NCBI GenBank assembly: GCA_905331295.1
Contig: CAJNYD010000035.1
Span: 186,001-250,000, forward strand
Source: Rotaria socialis
Taxonomy: Eukaryota
Reading direction: 5' to 3'
DNA: 64,000 bases
Each line of letters starts with the position of its first letter. The stretch's first letter is position 1. The position numbers were made by a program, and so were the translations under genes. Shown here piece by piece: positions 1 to 13,068 of this stretch. The notes under the pieces are model-generated. The model was not told where the DNA came from, did no database searches, and saw nothing but the letters and a program-made list of their open reading frames with translations.

Positions 1-234
1 GTATGGAAACAAATAAAAAAAAACCTTTGTTTCCGCTACTACCACTGATAGTCGGTGCAGCACCACATAAAATGACTGCAAGTAGATCACAAAGCTAAAT
101 ATAATAATAGATATCATTATTCTTATTTTAAATAGCCATAATATACTTGCCAATTCAATCATTTTGAGTATACCAGGTACTGATTTTATATAGTCAACAA
201 CATGATTACAGTATCCTGATGATGAGCCACTCAT
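1..234 (-). CDS. MARVEL-domain membrane protein (plasmolipin/CMTM-like), 5' part only; exons 234-151 and 94-25
   Basis: Spliced translation MSGSSSGYCNHVVDYIKSVPGILKMIEL|LCDLLAVILCGAAPTISGSSGNKG. The YIKSVPGILKMIEL plus hydrophobic segment matches the typical MARVEL start. The frame needs a 56-nt GC-AG intron (150-95). Missed by the ORF track. Confidence 0.7.
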   Translation of the reverse strand, partial: MSGSSSGYCNHVVDYIKSVPGILKMIELASILWLFKIRIMISIIIFSFVIYLQSFYVVLHRLSVVVAETKVFFYLFPY

Positions 235-1587
235 GTTTGAAATATTTTCTATTTAAATTTTTAAATCTACCAAAAACTAGATGAGCAAAATTTTTTTATT
301 TGAGAATAAGAAGAAAAAAGAATAGGATACGTTGGTTGCAAACGGTCAGACATAGAACGTCCATTCCACCACCTTTCGTTTCCTTCCGTCAAAAGTCAAT
401 AGGACGACAACGTATGGTAAGTGTTCTATTTGGCGTACGGCCGTTAAAGAAGAAGAAATCACGAACGAGAAAAAAACGGGGCTAATGGTAAGACCACCTT
501 CATTGAGTAACTAGTAGCCACTAATAGATCCGTCTATTGAACAAAGGCTGAGCGAGTTTGTCAATAGAAAGCAATCTCACGTTAGTTTGGACAAATAGAA
601 CTAATAATGAATAGTTTCGTTTATTGACACAAAAAAAAAGAAAATAATGGATTTATGTTGAAAGAAAAAGAGAGAGAGCAAAGAGAAGAGAATTTCTTTT
701 CTTAAGAACCCATTTTTTCTCTTCAAAAATAATATCTTCATTTTTTTTTACCGTCAGCTAAGTAAACAAGTGCTTCCTTCGGAGCACCGAAAGAAGAAAA
801 AACGAGAAAAGAATTTATTTAAATTTTCATCAATCATAGTTGCTGCTACCGTAGAACGGAACGGGGAGAGAGAGAGAGAGAGAGAGAGAACAAGAGAGAA
901 CAAGAGAGACAAGCATATGGTTCGACAGAAATGAATCATTAGCTAACAAGAATTCAATTGGTTCATATTCACCAGTAAGATTTAGTTTTTCCACCATGAT
1001 AAACAATCGTTTGCCTCTACTTTTCGGATTATTTCTCATTTTGTTGTTGCTATTGTTTTTTTTTCTTTTTTACTACATGATCTTATTCTTCTAGTGCTTT
1101 GTATCTTAATTTATGAAAAATAAACTTAATAAATAAAAGGTCGTTTTATTTCTTCTTTTGTTTTGTTTATTTAGCGGATCAATATATGTTGACAAGGCCG
1201 AAATGTTTCCGTAAGTGCATAGCGACGGACGGACAATCGAACGTAGTTCACGATGCTGTGTTGTCCGCCCTATTGAGAAAGAAACAAATGTTTCTTGCAG
1301 TCATCGATCGATCATACCTACTTATGTGCCTCGTGCATAAATAAAGTCGGAGCTATTATCGTCGCCATTAATATCGTTTCATTACGCACAAAGAATTCGA
1401 TCAGCTGATTTCTACCTTCTGACTCCTTCAACATTACTGATAATGTGAGATTCAGAACAAAAAAAAATTCTGCAAATATGCGAAATAATTTTCTTTTGAA
1501 AAGAAAACAGAAAAATTTTACTTCTCTTTTAGCATTATATCGAATATATTCATCTACACATAATATTATTCTTCGATCTCTCGATCG

Positions 1588-4500
1588 ATGGCCGAATCAA
1601 CAATTGTTCTTCGAAGTCCCGTAAAACCTGTAACAACATCAGTGCGATGTTCATCACCAAACTCATCTTTAAATTCACCTACACGTAATAGTACTGTTAT
1701 TATTCTCAAAGATAATAATAATAATGATCAACAACAACAATCAGCATCGACACTTAAAACTTCAGCAAATAATCATTTATCATTCCCATCGTATGGAATA
1801 TGTTCTTCATTAAAATTCGATTCAACTTTTTTCTTTTTTCTTTTTTCTTTTGTGTCTAGTCTGAAATCAGTTCAATCTAAACTCTATTACGCCGGTTATA
1901 CTGGTTTATATAATTTGGGTAACACATGTTACGTCAATTGTGTACTCCAGTTACTTAGGTTTGATAACGATGAATCTAATTTGTATGGAATCGAAAATAT
2001 TCTATGTCTTTTTAGCCATGTACCACAATTTTGTGATGCTATCTGTTCGATGAGCTTTGAAAGTCTCGGCTTAGAACAACCGTCTGACGTCCCAATGGTA
2101 AATATTTTATTTCTTGTCTAGAAATATATTCTACGTTTGATAAAGATATCAAAAGAAATCCTTTTTTTTTTAATTCTAATTTTTAACAAAAACTTTTTCA
2201 GGTTGCTTCATCACATAATCCAACACGCTTGAAAGGTGGCGGTCGTGGTTTACTGAAAGCACTTGAAGCTCAACCACGTCGAGTACCATGGTAATTATCT
2301 ATTCATATGAATAATACTTGATAGACATTTGTATTATGTTTAAAGTTATCTTGCATATGAATTACATGGAACATTTAATATAATTTGGTCGGGTAAATGT
2401 ATGGTTTATTCACCATTAAATATGGTCGCTGCTGTCCGACGTTTATTACCAAGTTTTGAACCATGTGCAATGGAAGATGCGCAGGAATTTCTCGAGTAAA
2501 ATAACATGAAATAAATCTTAATATAAATCTATTCAACATTATTTTCTATAGAGCACTACTGGCTGCAGTTACCGATGAAATAAAAGCAAACAAATTAGCT
2601 GATTCAAATATCATAGAAGATCTATTGAGTTTTTCTTCGGAAAGTCAGGTAAAATTAAATTTAATAAGATGATATTGGTATGTACTATGTTTATGCCTTT
2701 TCGATATTAGATACTATGTGAGCAATGCCATCGTTTGTCAGTCACAAAAACAGATGAAACATTTATTACATTAACATTCTCAGAAAAAATGCTGTGTGAT
2801 ACACGGGGATCTAGTCGTCGCCATTCGTGTCATCTTACAGGTTTGTCATAATTGATTTAGTATCTCATTTGTAGAATTCAAAATCAATCTCCTCTATTAC
2901 GAACTGAGAAGGATACACAGTTTTATTATAAACATTCGAATTTGTATTTTCTTTTAGAAATGCTTGCTCATTTTTATCAATGGGAAGCTTTATCGACACC
3001 ATTTCATTGTTCAAATTGCACTGGTAAACATTTTCAAAACCAATTGATTTCACAATGTGAGACTTTCTATTTTGTTTTCTTGTATCATTTAGTTCGAAGT
3101 CCATCAAAAGAAGGTACAAAAGCACAAAAACGTCTAATAATTTCCAAACTTCCACAAGTATTACATGTTGTTTTACGTCGTTTCCGCTCATTACCACAGA
3201 CACCTTTACGAAGACCGACATCGCGTCAAGCACGGCAACTATCACATAAAATAACTTTACATGTTAACTTCGATGAATATCTTGATATGGCACCATATTG
3301 TACACAATCAACATTGAGCGCGTTGTCATCAATGTGCTCAAAACAAAATGGCAATACAATGAATGAATGTCTGTATCGTCTACGTGGAGTAATTGTACAT
3401 TATGGGAAAAGTATCAATACCGGACATTTTGTCGCTTTCGTTTATAATGATATTGTTGGTAAAAATCTCTATCTAGTTTTCTAAAAAATAGATTGTTATT
3501 AAAATTATTTTTGAAAAACTAATATAGGTGAATGGCTTCGTTGTGATGATCATATTATTGAACACACAACATTTGAATCTGTTAAAACATCGGACGCTTA
3601 TATTCTTGTGTATAGTCGATGTATGTCGAATGTAGTTTCATCAACTATTCTAACGAATCCATCAGGTTCGAAAAAATGTATAAAATTCTAAGTTTAATTC
3701 TAATTTTTCATTTTCAAATAGTTACATCGATAACATGTCAATTGAATAAACGAAAACGAGCTGTTTCAGTCGATAATTTAAATGAGCAAAAAGATGATTT
3801 AATACTATCGGAAAATAGTAATGAAATCCGTATGTCAATATTCAAACTAGTTATTTATTCATTGACGTTTGTAATTCTATAGATATAAAACAAAATAAAT
3901 TAGATGAACACTCTAGTGCAACAGATCGTTTGAAACTTTTCTGTCTTGATTTGGGTAAATTCAACATCAGTTATACATTTGTCTCTTCAATGAAATATTT
4001 ATTATTTTTCTAGACCCATTAGCAAGTGGACTTCGTCGTCGAGCACAGTCACTTAATTGTGCTATTCGCAGTAGTCTACCTTCGATTGATAATAGATTGG
4101 AAAGTATTTCGACATTGCCTATAGCTAAACGTCGACGTGCCGAACTAATCAATAATCTTTCCTTATCCGAAACTGATTCATTACACCGTAAGTAATTATT
4201 TTTCTAAATAGATATAAATATTATTTTGCTTACAGATTTAATGTCACGGTCTGCACTAGTATCACAGCCAGTAATTCAAATAAGAAAAAAAAAATCATCC
4301 ACAAAACTAAGCACTGATTCAGTAACAATTTCAGAGAAAACAAAAAAATCTATAAGAAGGCGTCGACGAGCTGATCCTTATACACGTATATATAAATATA
4401 AATCAATTTATATGTTTTCAAAAATGATTATTTATTGCTTTAGGTAAAAGACGAATTAGAAAAACATCTAATATAAAAAATGAACCGAAAATTGATGTAT

Positions 4501-4914
4501 CGAATCTCGTAGCTGTTTCATCAACAACTGAACAAACATTATCATCAGAATCTCTTTTATCGTCTGGACGCTCACCTCTCTCTTTCACTTATGACAGTTC
4601 CAATGATTCCAATACACCAGTCACTAAGTAAAAATATATAGATATACATTTTTCTTGTTCGTTTATAATTTTAAAGTCTTCGTTTTTCTCTTACCTTTAG
4701 ACGCATTGGTCGTATACGAATTCAACGATTTATCAACGGGCCAACAACACCCATGAATTCCACTGTACGTTTAATAACATCCGGTGAAACCAATACTCGT
4801 TTATCTTTGCCGTCACAACCAACTATACAATCATCAGCCTTTTTAAATAATTTAATGACTGCACGACGTTCCAATTCGCTCAATAATTCTACAAGCAATC
4901 CGTCTAATTGTTAA
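1588..4914 (+). CDS. Ubiquitin-specific protease (peptidase C19), multi-exon
   Basis: Cys box GLYNLGNTCYVNCVLQ, EDAQEFL, LPQVLHVVLRRF, His box GVIVHYGKSINTGHFVAF and WLRCDD. Short GT-AG introns; last exon 4701-4914 ends in TAA after a Ser/Thr-rich tail. Confidence 0.9.
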
Positions 4915-5424
4915 AATAAAACAAAAAAAAAAAAAGAAAATAATGCTTTCTCACTTTTTTTTCTCGTCTCTATTGTTCGTTAATTACTGTTGTTTGTGCG
5001 TATGTATTTTATATTTGTTTTAATTGTATCATCAAACGAGCAAAAAAAGCAACAGTTTCTGTTCGACAGATTCTGTCTAATTACAAGTTTTTTTATATAT
5101 GATATGAAATCTTTTCCTCCCTCCCCTTTTTTCTATCGCCGTTTACGTAAGTTTTGTGTTAGTCATCATATTGTTTTTCTGACTTCTGTTTTGATCGTTG
5201 CGTGTCATATTTCTTTTCGTTTTTCTTTTTCGTTTCTTGCTAAATCTTTTTTTTTATACCACATAATATCCACGGTAAATTATGTCATACCTATTATAAA
5301 CATTTATTTCGAGGATGTAATCGTGTTTTTAGATTCCACAATTTTCGATTAAAAATACATTAACGCGCACGTGCATCTGTTTTGTTTGTTTGGTTTTTTT
5401 TCTTCGATTTTGTGATTATTTTAG

Positions 5425-7144
5425 ATGACAGCAACAGCAGGATCAACAACGACTACTGGAAAAAGCAGTGTAACACTGTCTCTTCATCCTTTGGTAATTA
5501 TGAATATAGCTGAACACCATACACGTGTTCGAGTTCAAACATCCCGTGTAAATCCTGTTTATGGTGCATTATTAGGTAAAATAAAAGGTCGTCATGTTGA
5601 ATTATGTAATACATTCGAATTTAAACTTACTAATGATTCTCCATCAACGACAACAACTTCTAACGTAACAATTGATATGGACTTTTTAACAAAAAAACTT
5701 GAATTAATTCGACAAGTTCACCCGGATCTTGATTTTACGGGCTGGTATACAGTTGAGAGTAAAGATTGGAATCCATCAACAATGAGTTTATTTTATAATC
5801 AACTTTCATCGCTTAACGAAAGTCCACTACTACTTCGACTTGATCCCATTGGTGTTTCAAATGAATTACCCATACATGTTTATGAAACCATTGTTGATTT
5901 AGGCACTAAAATTGATTTTATTGAAATATCTTATACACTTATCACCGAAGAAGCTGAACGTATTGGTATTGATCATGTTGCAAGATATTCTGTGACGGAT
6001 GGAACATCTGACACATCAATCGTTTCCGATCAAATCGCTATACAATTCAATGCCATTCGTTTACTTTATCAACGGATGCTCATGTTACTTGAATATGTTC
6101 GAGCTGTTAAAGAAGGTCAATTAGAACGAAATGATGATCTTTTACGTGAAATCGGTTCGTTATGCCAACGTTTACCAATTATAAATACAGATGATAATAA
6201 TAATCAAATGTTTCGTGAAGATTTCGATATTCAACAATCTGATGTTGCACTTTTAGCTTTATTAGCATGTTGTACACAAGAAATTAGTACATTGAACGAT
6301 TACTTGAGTAAGTTTTCTTTCGAAATATTCGATACCTTTTGATGAGAACTAAAACTTGATTTTGAAACGTTAAGAAAAAGTTTGAATAGGCAGTCTATTT
6401 GATTTTGAAAAAAGAATGCAAAAGTCTTTCTTTTCTTTTCTTTTTAATCTGCTTTTTTGTTTTTACTCTTGGATTTTGAGATAATTTGATTTATATTTAT
6501 ATCTCTTAAAAAACTAATATGATTGAATGTACGGATCAATCAAATAGGAAAAGAAATTTGTTATGCGGATAATAATCAAGTAGAAATAACTGCATGTGGG
6601 ATTTAGTAGGCACGAAATCGACATATAAGATCGTACTAAAAGTTTATTTCTTTATTTTCTATCTTTCTGACTGATACGAATTAATTTATAGATATTATTT
6701 AATTGTGAATATTGTTCTACGTAGAAATGATTGACAAAACTGAGTATTACAATGAAAATTTTCAAGGTCATAAAGTTGATTCAATGTATTTATCTAATTA
6801 TTGTCTTGATAATACATGATATATTTCGAACGAAAACAATCATTCGTTTTTCTTTCATAGTTAAGAAATTAGATAAATACATTTCGCAGCATTTGTTCTT
6901 ATAACAACAGATTCAATTCATGGTCGACATGTTTACTATTCTTATCTTGAATTCATATGAAAATATATAATTTTTTTAATTCTAGAAAAATTTTTAACAA
7001 TTTTCGTTCTTTATTTTAGACAAATTTCAAGCGGTACATGATAAACAGCAACATTCATCGGGTCCTGGTGGCAGCTTTGGATATGGTAGTGGTGGCCGAC
7101 GAATGGTTCGTGGCACTGGTTATTTTCCTGCGTCGTTTGTCTGA
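5425..7144 (+). CDS. CSN6: COP9 signalosome subunit 6 (MPN domain); exons 5425-6307 and 7020-7144
   Basis: LHPLVIMNIAEHHTR, GALLG..GRHVELCNTFE, TEEAERIGIDHVA and LREIGSLCQRLP are CSN6 hallmarks. Exon 2 NKFQAVHDKQ..GRRMVRG is in frame. Confidence 0.95.
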
Positions 7145-7514
7145 TGTCATAGACACAAAACTTATTATTTTTTTATTATAATAAAGATGTTTTTTTTGTG
7201 GTGAAAATGAACTAATTAAATGAGATGTGAATTTGTAGAAGACAAAAATTTCGATAGAAATTCATTATTCATTATTCATTATTCATTTGCATATAGATAA
7301 TATTGGACAGACTAAGGAGCCGATTGCATTCGTCTTGCATACATGCCGATTAGTATTAGCTTCAAGTCTTCTTCAATTAAATCAATGAACGTGCTGGCTA
7401 AATAACAAAGAATTAACATTTTTCTTCTTCTTTCTATTGATAGCCAGGAGAAACTAGTGAAAGGGAATGAGAAGAGATATAAATTGTCCTTTGTTAGTTT
7501 AATAATAATATGTC

Positions 7515-7547
<33 letters not shown>

Positions 7548-10500
7548 TGGAATGAAGCAACAAAATAAAAAAGAGATGGCTAGAAGAAAATATTTATAAT
7601 CATTCAGTCTGATGATGGCAAATTTTCCTGTAGTTGGTTCGAACTAACGATGAATGTTACAAGAAACAATATTTGATGGATGAAGACTATAATTCTTCTA
7701 TTGCTTTTTTCTTCCTTCTATTCATGCTTAGCGTTCTTTTCTAATATTGATCTACATTTATTAGTTTGCGGAGCCAATTTTTCGGAAAACATGTTTTTCT
7801 CTTTCTATCCATCTCTTTTTCCTCTATGCTCATCAATTAGTTGTCTCTATTGTTGCACAGATAGAGTAATTTATTGCTCGTCTTTTTTCATATAAAGTTA
7901 GTACTCTTTAGTGCCCTTCACTTTCATTAGAATATGTGGAGAAGACGATGTCTCTCGCTGCTTCCTCTCATCCATATATTTTTTTCTTTTGCTTATTACA
8001 TTAAAAAAACTCGACTAGAACAACTACTTTCAGTTGCATTCAACCATCCATCGGTCCATTCATCCACATATCTATATTCTGTGTTTCATCGATTTTTTTT
8101 CTTAGTTCTATGTGGCAAGCGAAAAAATTCTTACCATCAGGGAAGAACCGGAGAAAAAATGAGGAGGCCGAAGAGAAACGACGAGTCGATTCGAAATAGG
8201 TCGTCAACAGTGGTGCAGGCGTTTTCTTCGTCCTCATCGTCGTCACAGATAGATAGAAAATATAATCTATCAGCGCGCGCTCGCGCGCACACACACACGC
8301 ATACATATAAACATTTTGCATGATTGTGTAGCCCCCTCATCGTCTCACTCGCTTTTTCTCTTCTCCCATCATTCAGCCTCAAGGCAATGTAAACGGCATG
8401 GCACAGACAAAAAACATTGCGGTTCTAATATCGACGAACAACGATAAGGACGCTGACGAGGAGGAGAAAAGAACGAGAGAAAGACGGAAGAAAAGTGCCA
8501 AAAAAATGAAGCAAACATGGGAAAGAAATAAAGACGAATGAATAAAGAAGCAAATGCTTTTTTTTGCAATGCATACGTGTGCGAATGTCCACGATACATC
8601 ATTTGCTCTCTCTCTCTCTTTTTGCTTGACATGCTTCCTTGCTTGCCTCATTTTTTTTCTCGTTTTACTACCATACCATCTGGTGCAATACAAAGTATAA
8701 GAACATGTATATGAAGAAGCACAAAAAAAAAGACAGAAGACAATAAAAGAAGCAACGACCGAGCGACCTGTGACATCAACATGAAGTAGTATCATATCCC
8801 TTCGAATGATTTTCTGCTTGCTTGCTTGCCTATCTCTCTCTTCGATGCGTAGTTTTTCGCCTTACTAACTTGATTAAGAATTTTAAGCACGAGTCATGGA
8901 ATCATTTCTTTTTTTTTATGAATTGAATGTAATGGTAATCATCTCGCTTCGTAACATCGACAAACAAAAAAAAACTAAGATCAGGTAAGCAATGTTAAGC
9001 AAAGATCAAAAAGGGTTATACTCTTTTGTCTCAGTATCACAAGTAAAGTAGCAACAGAATAGCGACAGCGATCAGAAACACATGAGAGTTCATCTCCTGA
9101 GACAAGAAACAGTAGCAGCAACAACAGTAGTCGAAGCAACTCCATTTATTATTCTTTACCATTATTATACATCCCTATGTATGTGCAAGTGCCGATCACA
9201 CGTTGTGTCACCGACGTCGTCTTTTTTTTTTTATTAGATAAGTGACATGCGAACATAGTAGCTAGTATTGATAATATTGCGTCCTATTACTGCTACGGCA
9301 TATTCAACGAAGTAGAATGAATCAGATCACTGCGACTTGTTTAAACATTATTAGATGTTTATCTTAACATTTTCTATTTGAGAAAGGCTTTAAAAAAGAC
9401 TCAAGAGTGTAAAGAATTCTATTTTTTGTCTTCTACATTTACATAGCTATATGATAAAGTATAGAAACTATTTCTGAGAAAGACAATCAATGATAGAAAT
9501 AGTGAGTCCATGTCGAGTTGGAAGTGTTTTTTCTTGTTGAGTGCGTGCGTGTGCAAGATAAATTACTGATAACTAGAGATCTTTTCGTGTGAAAGATCAA
9601 GAAATCGGCTGTTAAGTAAGAAATGTCGATTGTCTAATGCGATCATTGGCAAAAATCAGTAAATGGACGCAGCTGATGGTATAGACACAAATATTTCTTG
9701 TGTAAAGTCGCGACCCAAAGCTGTAATTAGAACTCATTCTTTCCTTTTTTTTTTCTTTATGTATACAGTTATATATACATTTATTTATTTATTTATATAC
9801 ATAGACCCGTAGTCGTACTCGCTTTCGATAAGGTTGAACTCCTCGTGCTTACAGCTGAGCAGTATGATGAGAAGAATTCTCTTTTTGTTCTTCATTCAAC
9901 ACACATGCGAAAGTTAGGAGAAGAACCGATCGAGTTGAATGATAATGTTCAAAATGTAAGTGCTGTGTGTGAATATATATATATATATATATATATATGT
10001 ATACTATCGTCGACTATTGCTGTTCGATTCTTTAGCCATAGGAATATGTATACATTTGCTCATTCATTCATCACGCGATTTTCTTTTTTTCCTCATTCTT
10101 TCTTGCCTTAATGTTTTTTTTCTCTCATTCTTACTCGATGTACAACTTGTCGACAGATGAGTAGTAGCTAACGTTGCTTGTCTAGATGGAATTGTCATGT
10201 AAGGTCAGATGTTTTGTCTTTTCATTTTTTATAGAATTACCCTTTCGACAAGCAATTAAATATAATATGTAATAAAACCTATTAACAATTATTGATGGAT
10301 GTGTCGATTCTACTTAGTTTCTTTCAGGAATCATCAATGAAAAAAACCTAGAAAGAAAACAACCAATCTAACAAAAGAAAAGAGATAAAGATATATATCT
10401 TCTTTGTGCTTGAGTTCTATATCGTCAGTGGTTTGTCGTTTTCTTTTACTCCGGCTTTTTCTTTTTTTCTTTTAAATTTTGTTTGAAGATGACCTTGTGT

Positions 10501-11803
10501 TGCTCATGCTGTTTGCCATCGTTTCACTTAGTTTGACTATTACGCATTGATTCATAGATACACAATACAACTTTATTCTTACTGTTCGTTTAGACATTTT
10601 TCTTTCTTTTTGTACACAAAATAGCAACAAATTCATATTGAATTACACTATCTACACGTTATATTTCGATTGTCTATTTCTACATACATAAATAACAAGG
10701 TAGCCTTATGTCTATCTTCTATCTGCCAATCTGTTTAACTAGACTATCTTTACGTTTTCGAACGGATGAGTCCTCAGCACCTCGTTAATCTTTGTCACAA
10801 ATCGATTTTCTTCTTTTGGACGGAGGTTTGACGAGGAATCGAGGCTCATCAATACAATGAAGATAGAATCAGTTTTGTTATGTGCATCATGTTTTTCTTT
10901 TTCGTTTCATGTAATAATAAAATTATATTTTATTTTAAGGAAAGCTTTTTCAATATTTCTATATTTCTATTAGGTGACATAATTATTGTAACGGTAGTAT
11001 TTATTGTTTGTTGAACAATCACAAGTTTCAAGTGCGCAATATCGAGTGAAAATAAATACTATTCAAAATGAATTGTTCATTTATCAATTTAGTAAGTAGT
11101 TGAACTGACCCAAATCTCAGAAAAGAAATTCTATCAATTAGTAATCAATTCATCAGTTAGAAAAACAATAGAAGTAAATTGTACATCAAAATCAAAAAAA
11201 AGCATATCGAATTCATATCTAGGATATATATTCATACATAAATTTATGACTGTTATCATTTTAAAGTAGATCGAAATATTGAAATAAAATATTCTCAAAA
11301 AAATATTGAATAAAATTATTTATTTCTTATTCATCAGTTTCATAATTGATTCCGATCATGAACGCATAGAATAAAAAAGTAGCATCGTTTTTTCTTCTTT
11401 TTTTTTCTTTTCGAACTAAGATTTCCCTTGAGAATAGAAACTGTTGTGGTCGGCCTAGTAGTTCCATTTCATCATATTGGTTAGTTTTTTTTCTTTCTTT
11501 AGAAAATATTAATTATGTATACTGAATAAATAACTTTTTTTCCTTCTAATCTATATTTTGTACGTAATCATCATTGTAGCATTATTTACACTAGTTTCGA
11601 TAAATTCTTTATGAGAGCCGTTAGTTTTATGTACTGAATGTGCAAAACGATAATGAATAATTGGATCCTATGGTTAGAAGAACTGATTACTTGAAAATGT
11701 TGTTTTTATTCTTTACTAATGCATTCTAAGTAATATGCTGGCATATGATAGAATCATTTTGAGATGTTCATATTCGAGTAGATTTTTTTGTTTTGTTTTT
11801 ATT

Positions 11804-13068
11804 TTAAAATGATTCAGCTTTAATGGTTTTCAATTGTTTTCGCTTTTTTATTGTCTTTATTGTACGTTTTGAAACTGTTTCACTTGCAAATTTTTTACTA
11901 GAACCAATAGATTCTATTGTACTATGTTGATAATAGTGAATTAAATCATGCATCATTGTCACACATTCTTTTGGATATAGTCCAACGGCTGTTTCACTAG
12001 ATAGCATAATATAATTAGCTTTGTCAATAACTACAGCTCGATAAAGATCTGATACTTCAGCACGTGTTGGCACTGGACATGCAATCATTGATTCAAGTAT
12101 CTGTGTTGCAATAATAAATGGTTTCTTTTTCTTTTGACAAAGTTGAACTAAATCAGTCTGTATAAATGGAACACGAATATGTACAGGTGTTGTTTCAAGA
12201 GCTAAATCTCCACGTGCAATCATAATCATATCACTTTCATTGATAATATTCGTTACATTCCTAGGTTCAATAGCTTCAGCCATTTCAATTTTAACTATAA
12301 TCTCTGGATAATAATCCTTTATATTAAGAAGTGCATTTCGAATGGCGTTTTTTAAACGATGAATATCATCAATGTTTTTAACAAATGATGTAGCTACATA
12401 TTTAGGTTTAATTATGGGTAATAGATTTTCAATAAGGCGATGGTCATTTTCAGTAAGAAAATCTATGTCAATGTTGCCATCTAAAAAGTGAAAAAAATAT
12501 TCCTATGATATTCTGTACATATGTATATATATATATATATAATATTTTGATCTAATTTTTTCTCTTTGTTTTTCTTCATTAGCTTACAAGGTAAATTAAC
12601 ACCTTTGTGAGTTTTAACAGGACCATTATTGAGTGCTTCAGCATGTATACGATTGGCTTCTACTTTGAGTACACGAAATTGTAGTTTCCCATCATCAACA
12701 TATATAATATCGTTTATCTTAGTCGATTTTTCAATCGAAAATTGACATGGTAGGATTACAATGTGATTTTCTTTGTTCAGAGCATTTTTTTCTTTTTTCC
12801 GTTTTTCTTTTTCGATAATCACTTTTTCACCAGTTTTTACTACAAGTGATTTATCGTCAATTTCTCCTAAACGAATTTTAGGTCCCGGCAAATCAAGCAT
12901 CAAATCTAAACCAGCATTAACAGCAAGCTTAGCTACACGTACATGTTCTTCAATGATACCATGAGATCCATTTAAGCGAGCTATTTCAACTGAATGTTCT
13001 TTAAAGTATTGTAAAACTTCTGGATTACTACTAGCTGGCCCTAGTGTGGTAATGATCTTAGTCGGCAT
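11804..13068 (-). CDS. pyk: Pyruvate kinase, bacterial-type, 385 aa, lacking the C-terminal allosteric domain; exons 13068-12588 and 12480-11804
   Basis: TKIITTLGPAS, ARLNGSHG, DLPGPKIR, KGVNLP, SFV, IIVKIE, MIARGDL, ATQILESM..CPVPTRAEVSD, MLSSETAVGLYP. A 107-nt GT-AG intron (12587-12481) joins the two ORFs in frame. Confidence 0.93.

Noticed and set aside
164..235. miR-12-like sequence in a weak hairpin
   Set aside because: Seed mismatch, poor pairing, and it lies within the MARVEL coding exon on the minus strand.
4915..5424. USP-CSN6 operon with a trans-splice acceptor directly before the ATG
   Set aside because: A plausible cis donor (cacg|gtaaat near 5275) explains the acceptor as a 5' UTR intron; nothing here supports polycistrony.
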